Position numbers and translations under genes: made by a program. This document shows positions 29,987-39,797 of a DNA stretch of 64,000 bases, one piece after another. Below the pieces are notes generated by a model, which saw nothing but the letters and a program-made list of their open reading frames with translations, searched no databases and was not told the DNA's origin. Numbering within the stretch: the first letter of the stretch is position 1; each line of letters opens with the position of its first letter. This DNA comes from Candidatus Hermodarchaeota archaeon. GTDB taxonomy: Archaea; Asgardarchaeota; Heimdallarchaeia; Hodarchaeales; Hodarchaeaceae. The DNA is taken from the NCBI GenBank assembly GCA_048886185.1, contig JBHLKY010000001.1, positions 130,436-194,435 of the forward strand. The letters run 5' to 3'.

Positions 29987-32287
29987 TTGAGAGATTCAAA
30001 GTGCTATACTGAAGAGGAAATTTTAGCAGCTTTAACAAATGCTGTTGATGAGGTTGAAGTCTACACTAGGAAAATTGGCTTTGAAAAGTTTGAACAACCC
30101 CTTGGGTTCTTTTTTGCTCGGGTTTTGGATAATAAAATTACTCGATCTGAGAAAAGAGGAAAAGAACTTAAAACAGCAATTATAAGAGGTGCTGCGTTCA
30201 TTGTAGTAATTCAAATTCTGATATATACTGTGTTATTAAAAGAGGATTCTAAAAGCAGTTTAATTAATACAATACATGATTCTAAACATCTACAATCTTA
30301 TTTTGATGAAATTGAAAACGAAAAGAATTTTGGAGCTATCTTTAATGCTAGGATTGTTGAATTACTTCCTAAAGAATCAGCTGTGACTCTAAATCACGTT
30401 TTTCAATCATTTATCTCTTTTAATAAGTCGCAGTTCACTTCTGATATTCTTGGGAAAATTTTCCATGGATTAATCCCCTTTGAGCTGAGGAAATTTCTTG
30501 CTGCATATTATACCTCAAACGTTGTTGGAGGATTTCTATCATATTTAGCAATAAAAAACGACCAAGTTAAAATCATGGATCCAGCTTGTGGTTCTGGGAC
30601 TCTATTAGTGAGCGCTTATAAGCGAATCATAGAGATCAATAGAAATCTGGATCATAATCAAATTTTACGGAATATCTATGGAGTTGATGTTTCAGCATTT
30701 GCAGCTCAGCTTGCTGCAATTAATCTTGCGATTCAAAAACCTACTGATTCCTGGAACACTTGTAATATTGCCATTCTTGACTTTTTTAGATTAGAAATCG
30801 GAGATAAGGTAGTAGGTTTTAAAGTCCCCAAATTTGATGTTTTTATTGGAAATCCCCCATTTACTCGTGGTGATCGATTAGATAGTGAGTATAAGGACTT
30901 CTTACAAAATCATCTTCTTCATAAAGGAATTTCCTTTGATTATAATAAAAAATATTTGGGTTTATATGCATATTTTCTTCTAGATTCTTTAAGATTCTTG
31001 AAAGCGGAAGGAATCCTTGCTTTTATTCTTCCTCTTTCATTAATTAACTCTTTCACAATGAAACCTGTTCTGAAGTTTTTGATGTCAAAATTTCTCTTTA
31101 TTTACATTATTACATCAGAAGCTCAAATTACTTTTTCAGAGCAGTGCTCATTTAAAGAGATTCTCTTGATTGCCCAAAAAGGGAGAAAGAAGAGTTTTGG
31201 AACTAAATTCGTCACATTAAAAAAGGAATTAACAGATACTAATTATCGAAAAATAGCTGAAACAATAGAAAAGACTACGAAAAATTATGAAGACACAAAT
31301 ATACGAATTAGAACTATTTCAACAAAGACTCTGAAAGAAACTCTAAAAATGAACTGGATTGTATATTTTTACAATAGTAAATTCATCACCATTTTTGATC
31401 AGATAAGACGGTCCGATACGATTTCTCTAGTAAACGAAATAGTTGAAAATCCTCGGTATGATGTGGATCGGGGACTCCGTGCTGGAATTTCTGATTTCTT
31501 TTATCTCCCCAATAAATTCTGGAAAATTGTTGATACATCGAATAATGGGATTAAAATAAAGAATATTAGAGACAGTTCTATTCTAAATCTGTCTTCTAAA
31601 TATCTTGCACCTGTGTTAAGAAAATCTTCTCACTGTAGATGTGTTATTCCAGAATCTTCTGACTATATTGTCGTAATTCCTGATAAAAATGAAAAGGAAA
31701 AAGATGTTGATAATTATATCAAGTGGGCTGTTCAGAAGTTCCAAAAAACAGGATTTGAATCACTAACATTCAGGCATATCAGTCAAAAACGCAAAATTGC
31801 TAGAGTAGCAATCACTCATAAGCTTAGTCTTATAAGTAGTAAGATTATCACTTATTACTCCCCAAAGCCCATTGTTTTAACTGATAATTTTATCTTCATT
31901 AGAACTTTTAATAAAGAGAACGACAAAATTCTAGCTGCTTACTTGAATAGCTCAATATTTCTCTTAACTTATCTTATTCTACGTCGAGAGAAAAGTGGTG
32001 CTCTTGGCCAAATATTTGGTACTGATGTGAGGAATTTCTTTTGTTTGGATCCCCGAAAGGTGAGTTATTCTGACCGATTAGAGCTTATTAAGTTATTTGA
32101 TCATTTTATTAAGGAATCAAGCTTTTTTCCCTCTTTTCGTGAACAGATTAACAAAGCGAAAGAGGAGAGGGATAACATTAGATTTCTACTGGATGAAAAG
32201 ATCTGTGAGACACTTGGAATCAAAGATATTCCACTGTTCTTGAAACAACTTTATGAAACATTAATTGAGGAATTGAAGAAGTTTTAA
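29987..32287 (+). CDS. gamma-class N6-adenine DNA methyltransferase (Eco57I/TaqI-like), TTG start
   Basis: 'LAAYYTSNVVGGFL', motif I 'MDPACGSGTLLVSA', motif IV 'FIGNPPFTRGD', and a roughly 450-aa C-terminal target-recognition region. The first in-frame ATG lies inside motif I, so the start must be non-ATG. Confidence 0.75.
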   Translation: MRDSKCYTEEEILAALTNAVDEVEVYTRKIGFEKFEQPLGFFFARVLDNKITRSEKRGKELKTAIIRGAAFIVVIQILIYTVLLKEDSKSSLINTIHDSKHLQSYFDEIENEKNFGAIFNARIVELLPKESAVTLNHVFQSFISFNKSQFTSDILGKIFHGLIPFELRKFLAAYYTSNVVGGFLSYLAIKNDQVKIMDPACGSGTLLVSAYKRIIEINRNLDHNQILRNIYGVDVSAFAAQLAAINLAIQKPTDSWNTCNIAILDFFRLEIGDKVVGFKVPKFDVFIGNPPFTRGDRLDSEYKDFLQNHLLHKGISFDYNKKYLGLYAYFLLDSLRFLKAEGILAFILPLSLINSFTMKPVLKFLMSKFLFIYIITSEAQITFSEQCSFKEILLIAQKGRKKSFGTKFVTLKKELTDTNYRKIAETIEKTTKNYEDTNIRIRTISTKTLKETLKMNWIVYFYNSKFITIFDQIRRSDTISLVNEIVENPRYDVDRGLRAGISDFFYLPNKFWKIVDTSNNGIKIKNIRDSSILNLSSKYLAPVLRKSSHCRCVIPESSDYIVVIPDKNEKEKDVDNYIKWAVQKFQKTGFESLTFRHISQKRKIARVAITHKLSLISSKIITYYSPKPIVLTDNFIFIRTFNKENDKILAAYLNSSIFLLTYLILRREKSGALGQIFGTDVRNFFCLDPRKVSYSDRLELIKLFDHFIKESSFFPSFREQINKAKEERDNIRFLLDEKICETLGIKDIPLFLKQLYETLIEELKKF

Positions 32288-32322
32288 TGATTATTTTCGA
32301 TCCAAACTAGGATGGACTCTGA

Positions 32323-34443
32323 GTGACAATAGAAGAAAGGTTTCCCATTACTATTATTCAACAACTGGCAAAAATAGAGTCTCAGCGACGGCAATTTTAC
32401 CGACCGATATATTCTATCCATAAATCCTGGGCCAGAAGACCAGGGACAACAATACGTGCAATAGGTCTTTCTCATTTCTATCAAGATACTCTCTTTAATT
32501 CTAATCATATAGAAGAAGGAGGATTTTACCAAAATCATTATTTCCAAGGGAAAATTGCTCTCGATCCCTTCTGTGGTGGAGGAACGAGTATAGTTGAGCT
32601 TCATCGTCTTGGAATAAAAACAATTGGGATTGATGTAAATCCAATAGCTTGGTTCACTACAAAAAAGGAATTGGATTCATTTAATGAAGCCACTTTTAAC
32701 CAAGAAGTTAAAAAAATCTTTCAAAGCGTTGGCCAACGAATTAAATCTTATTATAAAACAATATGTCCAAGCTGTCACTATTCTGATGCTGATATTATGT
32801 ATATATTTTGGGTAAGAACCATTCAATGTCCTTCGTGCAACTCCGAGGAAGATCTATTCAAGTATTATATTATTGGTAAGAAGCAACGGAAACATAAAGC
32901 AACAATGGTGATATGTCCTTCTTGTGATCATTTATTTTATACATGGAAGAAGGTTAAAGAAATATCATCTTGTCCAGAATGTCAACATGAGTTTATTCCG
33001 ATACAAGGGAATTGTCGCTTGAAAAAATTCACCTGTACTCATTGTCAGAAAGAATCTAGACTTGTTGAGATACTCCAACAACCTACAAATTCTTTTTCTG
33101 CAAGACAAATAGCAATAGAATTCTTTTGTCCCGAATGTCGAACACGTGATTATAAACCAGTAAATAAAGAAGATAGAAATCTTTTTACACAAGTACAAGA
33201 AGAATTCATGATAAAAAAGGATGAACTCTTATATCCACATGAATTATTACCAATTGAAGGGGATAATATATCAAACCTTAGAAATTATGGTTTTCAACGA
33301 TTTTCAGATCTGTTCAATGAAAGACAGCTACTAAGTTTGAGTCTCCTCATACAAGCAATATCAAAAGTTGCAGATCAGAATATTAGAGAATTTCTCTTGT
33401 CTGCATTTTCTAGTTGTTTAGAATTTCATACTGTAATCTGTCCTTATAATTATACAATGAAACAGATTGTAAATGTGTTTAACTATCAATCTTTTCTTGT
33501 ACCAACCATGTATGTAGAAAATAATGTTTGGGGGACGAAAAAAGGGAATGGAACTTTCATTACTTACCTCGAGAGGATAAAAAAAGCCAAAAAATATTGC
33601 AGATCACCTTTTGAAATAGCTTTTCAGAATAACCAGATTATACGAATCTCTGTACCAGGAGATAATATCGAAGCCAAGTCCGTTAAGACCTTTCAGGAAC
33701 TTCAAGCAAGTTCTAGAGCTGAAACTTTACTTATTAATGATTCCTCTGAAAACCTTCAGAGATTGGGTATTCCTAAGGCTTCTGTCGACATAATAGTGAC
33801 TGATCCTCCTTATTTTGACTATATTCAGTACTCTGAATTGGCTAATTTTTTCTATGTCTGGTTGAGAATAGTTTTGAGACCTTTATACTCAGAATTTCAT
33901 TCTAATTTAATCAATACTGAATATGAAATTGGTAGATTAAAACAAGAGAACCATTTCCTTGAGGGAATAACTAAAGTATTTCAAGAATGTTATAGGGTTT
34001 TAAAGCCAGAAGGTCCGATGATTTTTACATTTCATCATTCTAGTGAAACAGCATGGGCAATGATATTAGAGGCTTTAGCCAAAAGCCAATTCCTAATAAC
34101 TGCTACATTTCCTGTTCGAAGTGAATTTGGTGCTCGTCCTGTTAAAGGACAAAACTTTGATTTTATCATTATATGCAGAAAATATTCAAAAGTAAACCTC
34201 GCCATGAATCATATAAGTCGAACAGTATTAGAGTCAGAGATAAAAAGAAGTTTAGATGATTTTTCAGTTGTTTCTCCTCGAGAACCTGATCTTACTCCGT
34301 GGGGGGTTGCATTTGCGTCTATTCTCCCTATGATATCAAAATTCTCTACATTAAATCAATCTGTAGATATTGAAGAAATCATATTACACACCTTTACCCT
34401 CCTCAAAAACCTTAAAATTCAATATAATTCTAAAACACCTTAA
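32323..34443 (+). CDS. adenine-specific DNA methyltransferase with internal multi-CxxC zinc-ribbon module (COG1743/DUF1156-like)
   Basis: N-terminal 'YRPIYSIHKSWARRPG', motif I 'LDPFCGGGTSIVELHRLG', six CxxC pairs (CPSC..CPSC, CPSC..CPEC, CTHC..CPEC), motif IV 'IVTDPPYFDYIQYSELANFFYVWLR', and 'FTFHH'. Confidence 0.7.
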   Translation: MTIEERFPITIIQQLAKIESQRRQFYRPIYSIHKSWARRPGTTIRAIGLSHFYQDTLFNSNHIEEGGFYQNHYFQGKIALDPFCGGGTSIVELHRLGIKTIGIDVNPIAWFTTKKELDSFNEATFNQEVKKIFQSVGQRIKSYYKTICPSCHYSDADIMYIFWVRTIQCPSCNSEEDLFKYYIIGKKQRKHKATMVICPSCDHLFYTWKKVKEISSCPECQHEFIPIQGNCRLKKFTCTHCQKESRLVEILQQPTNSFSARQIAIEFFCPECRTRDYKPVNKEDRNLFTQVQEEFMIKKDELLYPHELLPIEGDNISNLRNYGFQRFSDLFNERQLLSLSLLIQAISKVADQNIREFLLSAFSSCLEFHTVICPYNYTMKQIVNVFNYQSFLVPTMYVENNVWGTKKGNGTFITYLERIKKAKKYCRSPFEIAFQNNQIIRISVPGDNIEAKSVKTFQELQASSRAETLLINDSSENLQRLGIPKASVDIIVTDPPYFDYIQYSELANFFYVWLRIVLRPLYSEFHSNLINTEYEIGRLKQENHFLEGITKVFQECYRVLKPEGPMIFTFHHSSETAWAMILEALAKSQFLITATFPVRSEFGARPVKGQNFDFIIICRKYSKVNLAMNHISRTVLESEIKRSLDDFSVVSPREPDLTPWGVAFASILPMISKFSTLNQSVDIEEIILHTFTLLKNLKIQYNSKTP

Positions 34444-34501
34444 TAATCCTAATGACAAGTTTTTAAACAAAACAAACAATTTACAAATAGAAGTGAGCTT
34501 G

Positions 34502-35155
34502 ATGACTGGAGAATACTTTGGGCAATTATTAAAGGATAAGGACATTCATAAAAAAGGAACAGAGTTATTTGTTAAGCTTGTTGAATCACTAGAAGAAGCT
34601 TATGATAAATTCGAAAAAGCATTGAAAGCATGGCGAGGAGGTGACTTTGAACGAGGTTTCATGTTACGTGATGAGGTAATTCAACTGGAGAGAGATGCAG
34701 ACAAAGTAAAGGATATTTTTTTTGAAACAATTTTCAAAAAAAAGGCATATCTCCCTCAGATAACAGAGGAGCGTTATAACATGATGTTGAATGCTGATCG
34801 CTTATTGGATCGGATCGAAAGAGCAGTTAGAATCGTTTGTGTGAAAAAAATTGATGCTAGTTATTTCCCTCCAGAACTCGATCGGATAATAGATTTAACT
34901 GAAGATGTTATTGAAGATTTCGTAGAAGCCAATAAACTATTTTTCAGTGACTTTGAAAAGGCATCAAAGCTCGCACGTAAGGTAGAGGAGAAGAGGGATG
35001 AAGTACGTGATCTTTTTTACATTATTTCAGAAAAAATAGTTAATGACGAACTCCCACGAGGTACAAGTAGAATACTAGATGCTACTACTCGTATTAGCGT
35101 CGAAGCAGAGCAAGGTTCAGATTATTTAAAAGTTCTTATAGCTAAACATAGTTAA
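34502..35155 (+). CDS. DUF47 / PhoU-like phosphate transport regulator
   Basis: A helical protein, 'VIQLERDADKVKD...' and '...VEEKRDEVRDLF', classically paired with PiT. The ORF-track start at 34370 overlaps the upstream gene and is not used. Confidence 0.6.
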   Translation: MTGEYFGQLLKDKDIHKKGTELFVKLVESLEEAYDKFEKALKAWRGGDFERGFMLRDEVIQLERDADKVKDIFFETIFKKKAYLPQITEERYNMMLNADRLLDRIERAVRIVCVKKIDASYFPPELDRIIDLTEDVIEDFVEANKLFFSDFEKASKLARKVEEKRDEVRDLFYIISEKIVNDELPRGTSRILDATTRISVEAEQGSDYLKVLIAKHS

Positions 35156-35175
35156 TCGATAGAAGGTGTAATACC

Positions 35176-36219
35176 TTGACCGCACTGATTATTATAGGTG
35201 CCGCTCTTCTTCTTGGTTTCGTTGTCGCATTCACCATTGGAGCCAACGATGAAACAATGACTCCAGCAGTAGGTGCTGGTTTACTCTCGTTGAATATTGC
35301 TGTCCTAATTGGTGGTCTATTTAATTTCATTGGTGTATTCTTTCTAGGAGAATCTGTTTCCAAGACTGTTGGTAATAAATTCACTACTCCCAATTATAGT
35401 CTTTCTCTAACAATGGTGTTTGTAGTACTTCTCTCAATGGCACTTTGGCTATTCATCGTATCCTTGAAAGGAGTTCCTATCAGTACAACACAATCTGTTG
35501 TTGGGAGCGTTATAGGGGTTACCATCCTTGAATGGGGATTAATAGCTTTAAATTATGATACTCTCTTTTGGGTTCTACTCAGTTGGGTTGTCAGTCCTCT
35601 TATCGGGCTTGCTGGAGGTTATGCTTTTTACTCATTAATCATGAAAATCCGACAATCAGTTAAAACACAGGGTTACGCAGATTATGAGAGACAAGAAAAG
35701 ATAGCTTTTTATGCTTTGGCTGTTTTTTTACTCATTTCAGTATTTTCTCGAAGTGGAAATGATGTTGCTAAAGCTATTGGTCCCCTAATGGCGATTGAAG
35801 ATTTTGTAGTGGAATTATATATGATCGGACCAGTTCCTATTAGTGGACTATACTTAGCACTAATCGCAGGTGGTTCAGGAATGTGCCTAGGGGTAATTAT
35901 CCTTGGGCGAAGAGTTGTAAAGAAACTAGCCAGCGATATTGTAGCTTTATCTCCTACATCTGCGTTAGCGGCCAGTATTTCTGTCAGTTTAATCATGTTC
36001 TTTGGTACATTATTAGCAATTCCATTATCGGGATCTCATATTTTAGTTGCAGCCTTTATTGGAGTTGGTTTCGTAAATAAAGAGAAAGTGGATAAAGAAA
36101 ATCTCAAAGAAATTGGAATAAGTTGGTTAATTACAACACCTATATCTGCGATCTTTTCTGCTATAATTTATGTGGTCTTCAACTTACTAGGGGAATTTTT
36201 TGTTGCACTTTATGGATAA
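35176..36219 (+). CDS. PiT-family inorganic phosphate (or sulfate) permease
   Basis: Two-fold repeat with 'GANDETMTPAVGAG' and 'SGNDVAKAIGPL' (GxNDxxNxxGP-like). TTG start preceded by 'aggtg'. Confidence 0.6.
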   Translation: MTALIIIGAALLLGFVVAFTIGANDETMTPAVGAGLLSLNIAVLIGGLFNFIGVFFLGESVSKTVGNKFTTPNYSLSLTMVFVVLLSMALWLFIVSLKGVPISTTQSVVGSVIGVTILEWGLIALNYDTLFWVLLSWVVSPLIGLAGGYAFYSLIMKIRQSVKTQGYADYERQEKIAFYALAVFLLISVFSRSGNDVAKAIGPLMAIEDFVVELYMIGPVPISGLYLALIAGGSGMCLGVIILGRRVVKKLASDIVALSPTSALAASISVSLIMFFGTLLAIPLSGSHILVAAFIGVGFVNKEKVDKENLKEIGISWLITTPISAIFSAIIYVVFNLLGEFFVALYG

Positions 36220-36244
36220 TTATACCTCTTGATGGAATAAACAT

Positions 36245-38422
36245 ATGAAACAGAAGATTCAAAGATCAGAAAAAGTAATCGAGAATTATTTTCCATTCTC
36301 AAAGGTCAATGAAATTGCCTACAGAGAGAGTAATGCGAAGAGGTACTATCGTCCTGTTCTAACTCTGCATAAGTGGTTTGCTCGCCGATTAGGTTCTGTT
36401 TTTAGATCTATTCTCATCTATTCTTCACTTTCCTCAGTAAAAAACGATGTTAAAGCTGTCAATGCTTCGTACGAAGACAATATCCTGGCATTGGAACATG
36501 ATTTTTGGAATCTGTATTTACAAGAACATAATTTTGAAGATATTATTGTTATAGATCCTTTTATGGGAGGGGGGACAACAATTATTGAAGCCATTCGTTT
36601 AGGCTTTGGTGGGATTATAGGTGGTGATTTGAATCCTGTCGCTTGGTTTGCAGTAAAAAAAGAGCTAGAAGAAGTTAATATTAATAGTTTAAAGGTAGAA
36701 TTTGAGAAATTATCATCCAAACTTAAACATGAGCTTTCTATATATTATAAAACACAATGTGGTCATTGTTCGAATCATGCGGATGTAATGTACTTTTTCT
36801 GGGTAAAAGAGATTCAATGTGAGCATTGTTCAACAACTACTCCCCTTTTCCGAAGTTATTTGTTTGCTTATGATCGTAAGGATCCTTCATCAGGTCATTT
36901 TATTTGTCCTAAATGTCAAACCATTTTTCACGGAATTTTTAAAGAGGATCTTTACTGTCCTGAATGTAGCTGGATCTTTGATCCATTTTCTTTTGTTGTT
37001 AAACGCGGAAAAATTTTTTGTCCCAGCTGTGAACATACAGCTAAAATTGTAGATGTTTGTGCAAAACAGGGAAAGTCCCAGGAAAGATTATATGCTATAG
37101 AATATTATTGTTCTTATTGTAATACACGTGATTACAAAAGAGCTGATATAAATGACCTTGACCTCTATCAACAAGCATCTCATGAATTTAAGATGATTCA
37201 GAAGTTATTACCACTTCCTAACCAAGCTATCCCTATGGGAGCTAAAACCCAGGAATTATTAAATCATCAAATTCTCTTTTTTACCGATATGTTCAATATG
37301 CGTCAACTACTTTCTTTAGGAAAATTATTGAGGGAAATTCTGGAAATTCAAGATCAAAATATAAAGGAATTCTTTCTTATAACATTTTCAACAGCTTTGG
37401 AATATAATAATCTTCTGTGTGAATATCATAGAAAGAACCATTACATCTACAATTTATTTCGAAAACATGCCTTTCCTGCCACATTGAACCCTGTTGAAAA
37501 TAATGTATTTGGTACAGCAAAATTCGGTACAGGAACTTTCAAAAACTTCTTTTCGAAGACCATTCGAATTAAACAATTTTGTAGGAATCCGTACGAATAC
37601 TATATTACTGAGGAAGGGAATACTAACCGCCAATCTATGAAACGTTCAATTAAAGGGAGAGTAGTGTCTTCATATTCCAAGCTCATGCAAGATCCTACAG
37701 AAAATATTTATCTCTATTGCCATTCTTCTGACCAAATTCAGGTTCCAGATAATAGTGTGAACTTAGTAGTAACAGATCCTCCCTATTACGATAATGTTCA
37801 GTATTCTGAGTTATCAGATTTTTATTACGTTTGGTTGAGATTAGGACTTAAGGATCATTATCCCTGGTTTAGTTCAACATTAACTCCCAAAAAAGAAGAG
37901 ATTGTAAAAAATATAAAAATTGGAAAAAAAAGTAGTGATTATCAACAGGGCTTAAAAGAAGTATTTTCAGAGATTTCCAGAGTCTTGAAAACTGATGGTT
38001 TGTTAATATTTTCATTTCATCACAAAGAATTACAGGCTTGGACTTCAATAATACAGAGTTTATTGGATATTAATTTCTACATCACAGCAGTTTATCCTGT
38101 GCGTGGTGAAATGGAGACCAGTACACAGATTCGAGGTAAAAAAAGTATTGAATTTGACGTCATCTTTGTCTGCAAGAAACGTTTGGGATATTCTCACAAA
38201 AACATGTGGGAAAGACTTCTTCCTAAGATTAAGAAGAGTATAAAGGACAAAATAACCCTTCTGAGTAATACTGGTGACTTTCTTTCAAAGGAAGATCAAT
38301 TTGTAGTTCAACTTGGTGTTGGATTAAAGTATTTCACAAAATACTATCCTAATATTACCTTTAATTCAAAATCTTTGGCTTTAAAGGAAGCTTTAGAAAA
38401 TCTCGCATCGCTCACTTATTGA
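36245..38422 (+). CDS. paralog of 32323-34443: Zn-ribbon adenine-specific DNA methyltransferase (COG1743/DUF1156-like)
   Basis: Colinear with 32323-34443: 'YRPVLTLHKWFARRLG', 'IDPFMGGGTTIIEAIRLG', six CxxC pairs, 'VVTDPPYYDNVQYSELSDFYYVWLR', 'FSFHH'. Confidence 0.7.
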   Translation: MKQKIQRSEKVIENYFPFSKVNEIAYRESNAKRYYRPVLTLHKWFARRLGSVFRSILIYSSLSSVKNDVKAVNASYEDNILALEHDFWNLYLQEHNFEDIIVIDPFMGGGTTIIEAIRLGFGGIIGGDLNPVAWFAVKKELEEVNINSLKVEFEKLSSKLKHELSIYYKTQCGHCSNHADVMYFFWVKEIQCEHCSTTTPLFRSYLFAYDRKDPSSGHFICPKCQTIFHGIFKEDLYCPECSWIFDPFSFVVKRGKIFCPSCEHTAKIVDVCAKQGKSQERLYAIEYYCSYCNTRDYKRADINDLDLYQQASHEFKMIQKLLPLPNQAIPMGAKTQELLNHQILFFTDMFNMRQLLSLGKLLREILEIQDQNIKEFFLITFSTALEYNNLLCEYHRKNHYIYNLFRKHAFPATLNPVENNVFGTAKFGTGTFKNFFSKTIRIKQFCRNPYEYYITEEGNTNRQSMKRSIKGRVVSSYSKLMQDPTENIYLYCHSSDQIQVPDNSVNLVVTDPPYYDNVQYSELSDFYYVWLRLGLKDHYPWFSSTLTPKKEEIVKNIKIGKKSSDYQQGLKEVFSEISRVLKTDGLLIFSFHHKELQAWTSIIQSLLDINFYITAVYPVRGEMETSTQIRGKKSIEFDVIFVCKKRLGYSHKNMWERLLPKIKKSIKDKITLLSNTGDFLSKEDQFVVQLGVGLKYFTKYYPNITFNSKSLALKEALENLASLTY

Positions 38423-39253
38423 TTAGGACTCTTCTTTTGTTATGTTATTACTTTTGTTATAAATCCAGCGAGTTAAATACATATAAGGAGTATCGATTAG
38501 TCCTAGAGTCCATTTCGTTATTAGCTGTCCTATAATTAGAGTAAAAACAAATTCGACTGTTTCTACTTTAATTGAAGTATCAAATAACCTCTGAACAGAA
38601 GGTAAAATCAAAAAAGCTAATGGGATAAAAATGATCGAATCTAAACCTAAACTTAAAATGTCACTAAAAACATTTCTTATCCATAGATACTTCCACCATT
38701 CCTTCTCTAACTCAGATCTTGCATGAATCCAAGATCGAATCATGTCATAAATCCAAGCGTCAAATCGTTCACTGATGAGAAAGCTAATCCATGAAGCCAG
38801 GGTGATAGCAGGAACAATTGCAAATGGTGTCAAGGGATCAGTCTCTTTTCCACCTGCAGCAGGGAGTAAACCAGCAAGTATCAATAAAAATACCATAATT
38901 ACCTGACTAATGAGAGCAATCCAGATCATTTCGTAGACAGTCTTTCTTCCAAATTTTTCATTTACCATATCAGTAACCTGCAGAGTAAAAGGGAAAACAA
39001 TTACTCCCACTGGAGCAAAAATTGGAAGAACACCTAAATTTAACAATAAATCCCCAATAAATGGTAGGTTTTCAAACCCTAAATCAAACATAGCGATTTT
39101 TGCGGCAAAAAATTGAGCCAAGGTTAGAAAGAGTATGTAAATTCCTATTAATGCCCTAGGAGAGTTTGATTTTGCTGTATACCAAGCACCAAAATACGTA
39201 ACAACCCCTAATATAATGAATACTCCAAAGCTTACTATTATTCCTTCATACAT
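38423..39253 (-). CDS. YhhQ/VUT-family (DUF165) membrane transporter, putative queuosine-precursor transporter
   Basis: 'FPFTLQVTDMVNEKFGRKTVYEMIW' and overall TM topology resemble COG1738. Confidence 0.4.
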   Translation of the reverse strand: MYEGIIVSFGVFIILGVVTYFGAWYTAKSNSPRALIGIYILFLTLAQFFAAKIAMFDLGFENLPFIGDLLLNLGVLPIFAPVGVIVFPFTLQVTDMVNEKFGRKTVYEMIWIALISQVIMVFLLILAGLLPAAGGKETDPLTPFAIVPAITLASWISFLISERFDAWIYDMIRSWIHARSELEKEWWKYLWIRNVFSDILSLGLDSIIFIPLAFLILPSVQRLFDTSIKVETVEFVFTLIIGQLITKWTLGLIDTPYMYLTRWIYNKSNNITKEES

Positions 39254-39797
39254 GCCTCATTAATCTCCACAGTAATCCAAGAGGGAAGTACGTTATGGTT
39301 TTTTCTTTCTACTCTTTAAGATTTACATAGAAATACAAGAAAAAAAAGGGAGGAAATCTAAGTTTATATCACTAATTAACTCGTAGTTTCAATGTTTTGT
39401 CATCTATATTAATTTTCGAAAGAATTCCTCCTCTAGATCTGAATGATTTAGCCAAAGATGTGAGAACTGGTAGATTTTCCTTTAGATTATGTTTTTCCTT
39501 TAATATTTAGTCTTTGATTGTTCTTTCAACACGTAAAAAGTGTATAAACTCATTTTGGTTAATACAAATAATAAATATCGCAAGTATAAACAGAAAAACA
39601 ATTATTTTGCTTTCATCTTTCCCACTCCGACCTTTTTTCTACACATCAAAAATTATTCATTTTTGTAATTAAGAGAAAAATAAATGAAATAGTCAGTAAA
39701 GGTCTTTTTCATTTAAAATATTTTACAATTATGTGACAAAGCGTAAGAAAAATGAAAATCGATTTGTCTGAGAGATTTTTCAAGGTGTGACCAAAGT

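Noticed and set aside
34370-34501. ORF-track start of the DUF47 gene at 34370
   Set aside because: That start overlaps the last 74 nt of the upstream MTase gene. A DUF47-length product (217 aa) is obtained from the ATG at 34502, which is the likelier start.
29987-38422. BREX (PglX-like) or classical type I/IIG R-M system
   Set aside because: No PglZ, BrxC/DUF499, BrxL, HsdS/HsdR or fused nuclease domain is present. The gamma MTase at 29987 has only an N-terminal helical and motif X region, not an Mrr/PD-(D/E)xK domain.
39254-39797. tRNA/ncRNA or CRISPR in the long intergenic tracts (also 20289-21190 and 55090-55597)
   Set aside because: These tracts are uniformly AT-rich, without GC-rich cloverleaf-sized islands or regularly spaced direct repeats. 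I found nothing supportable.
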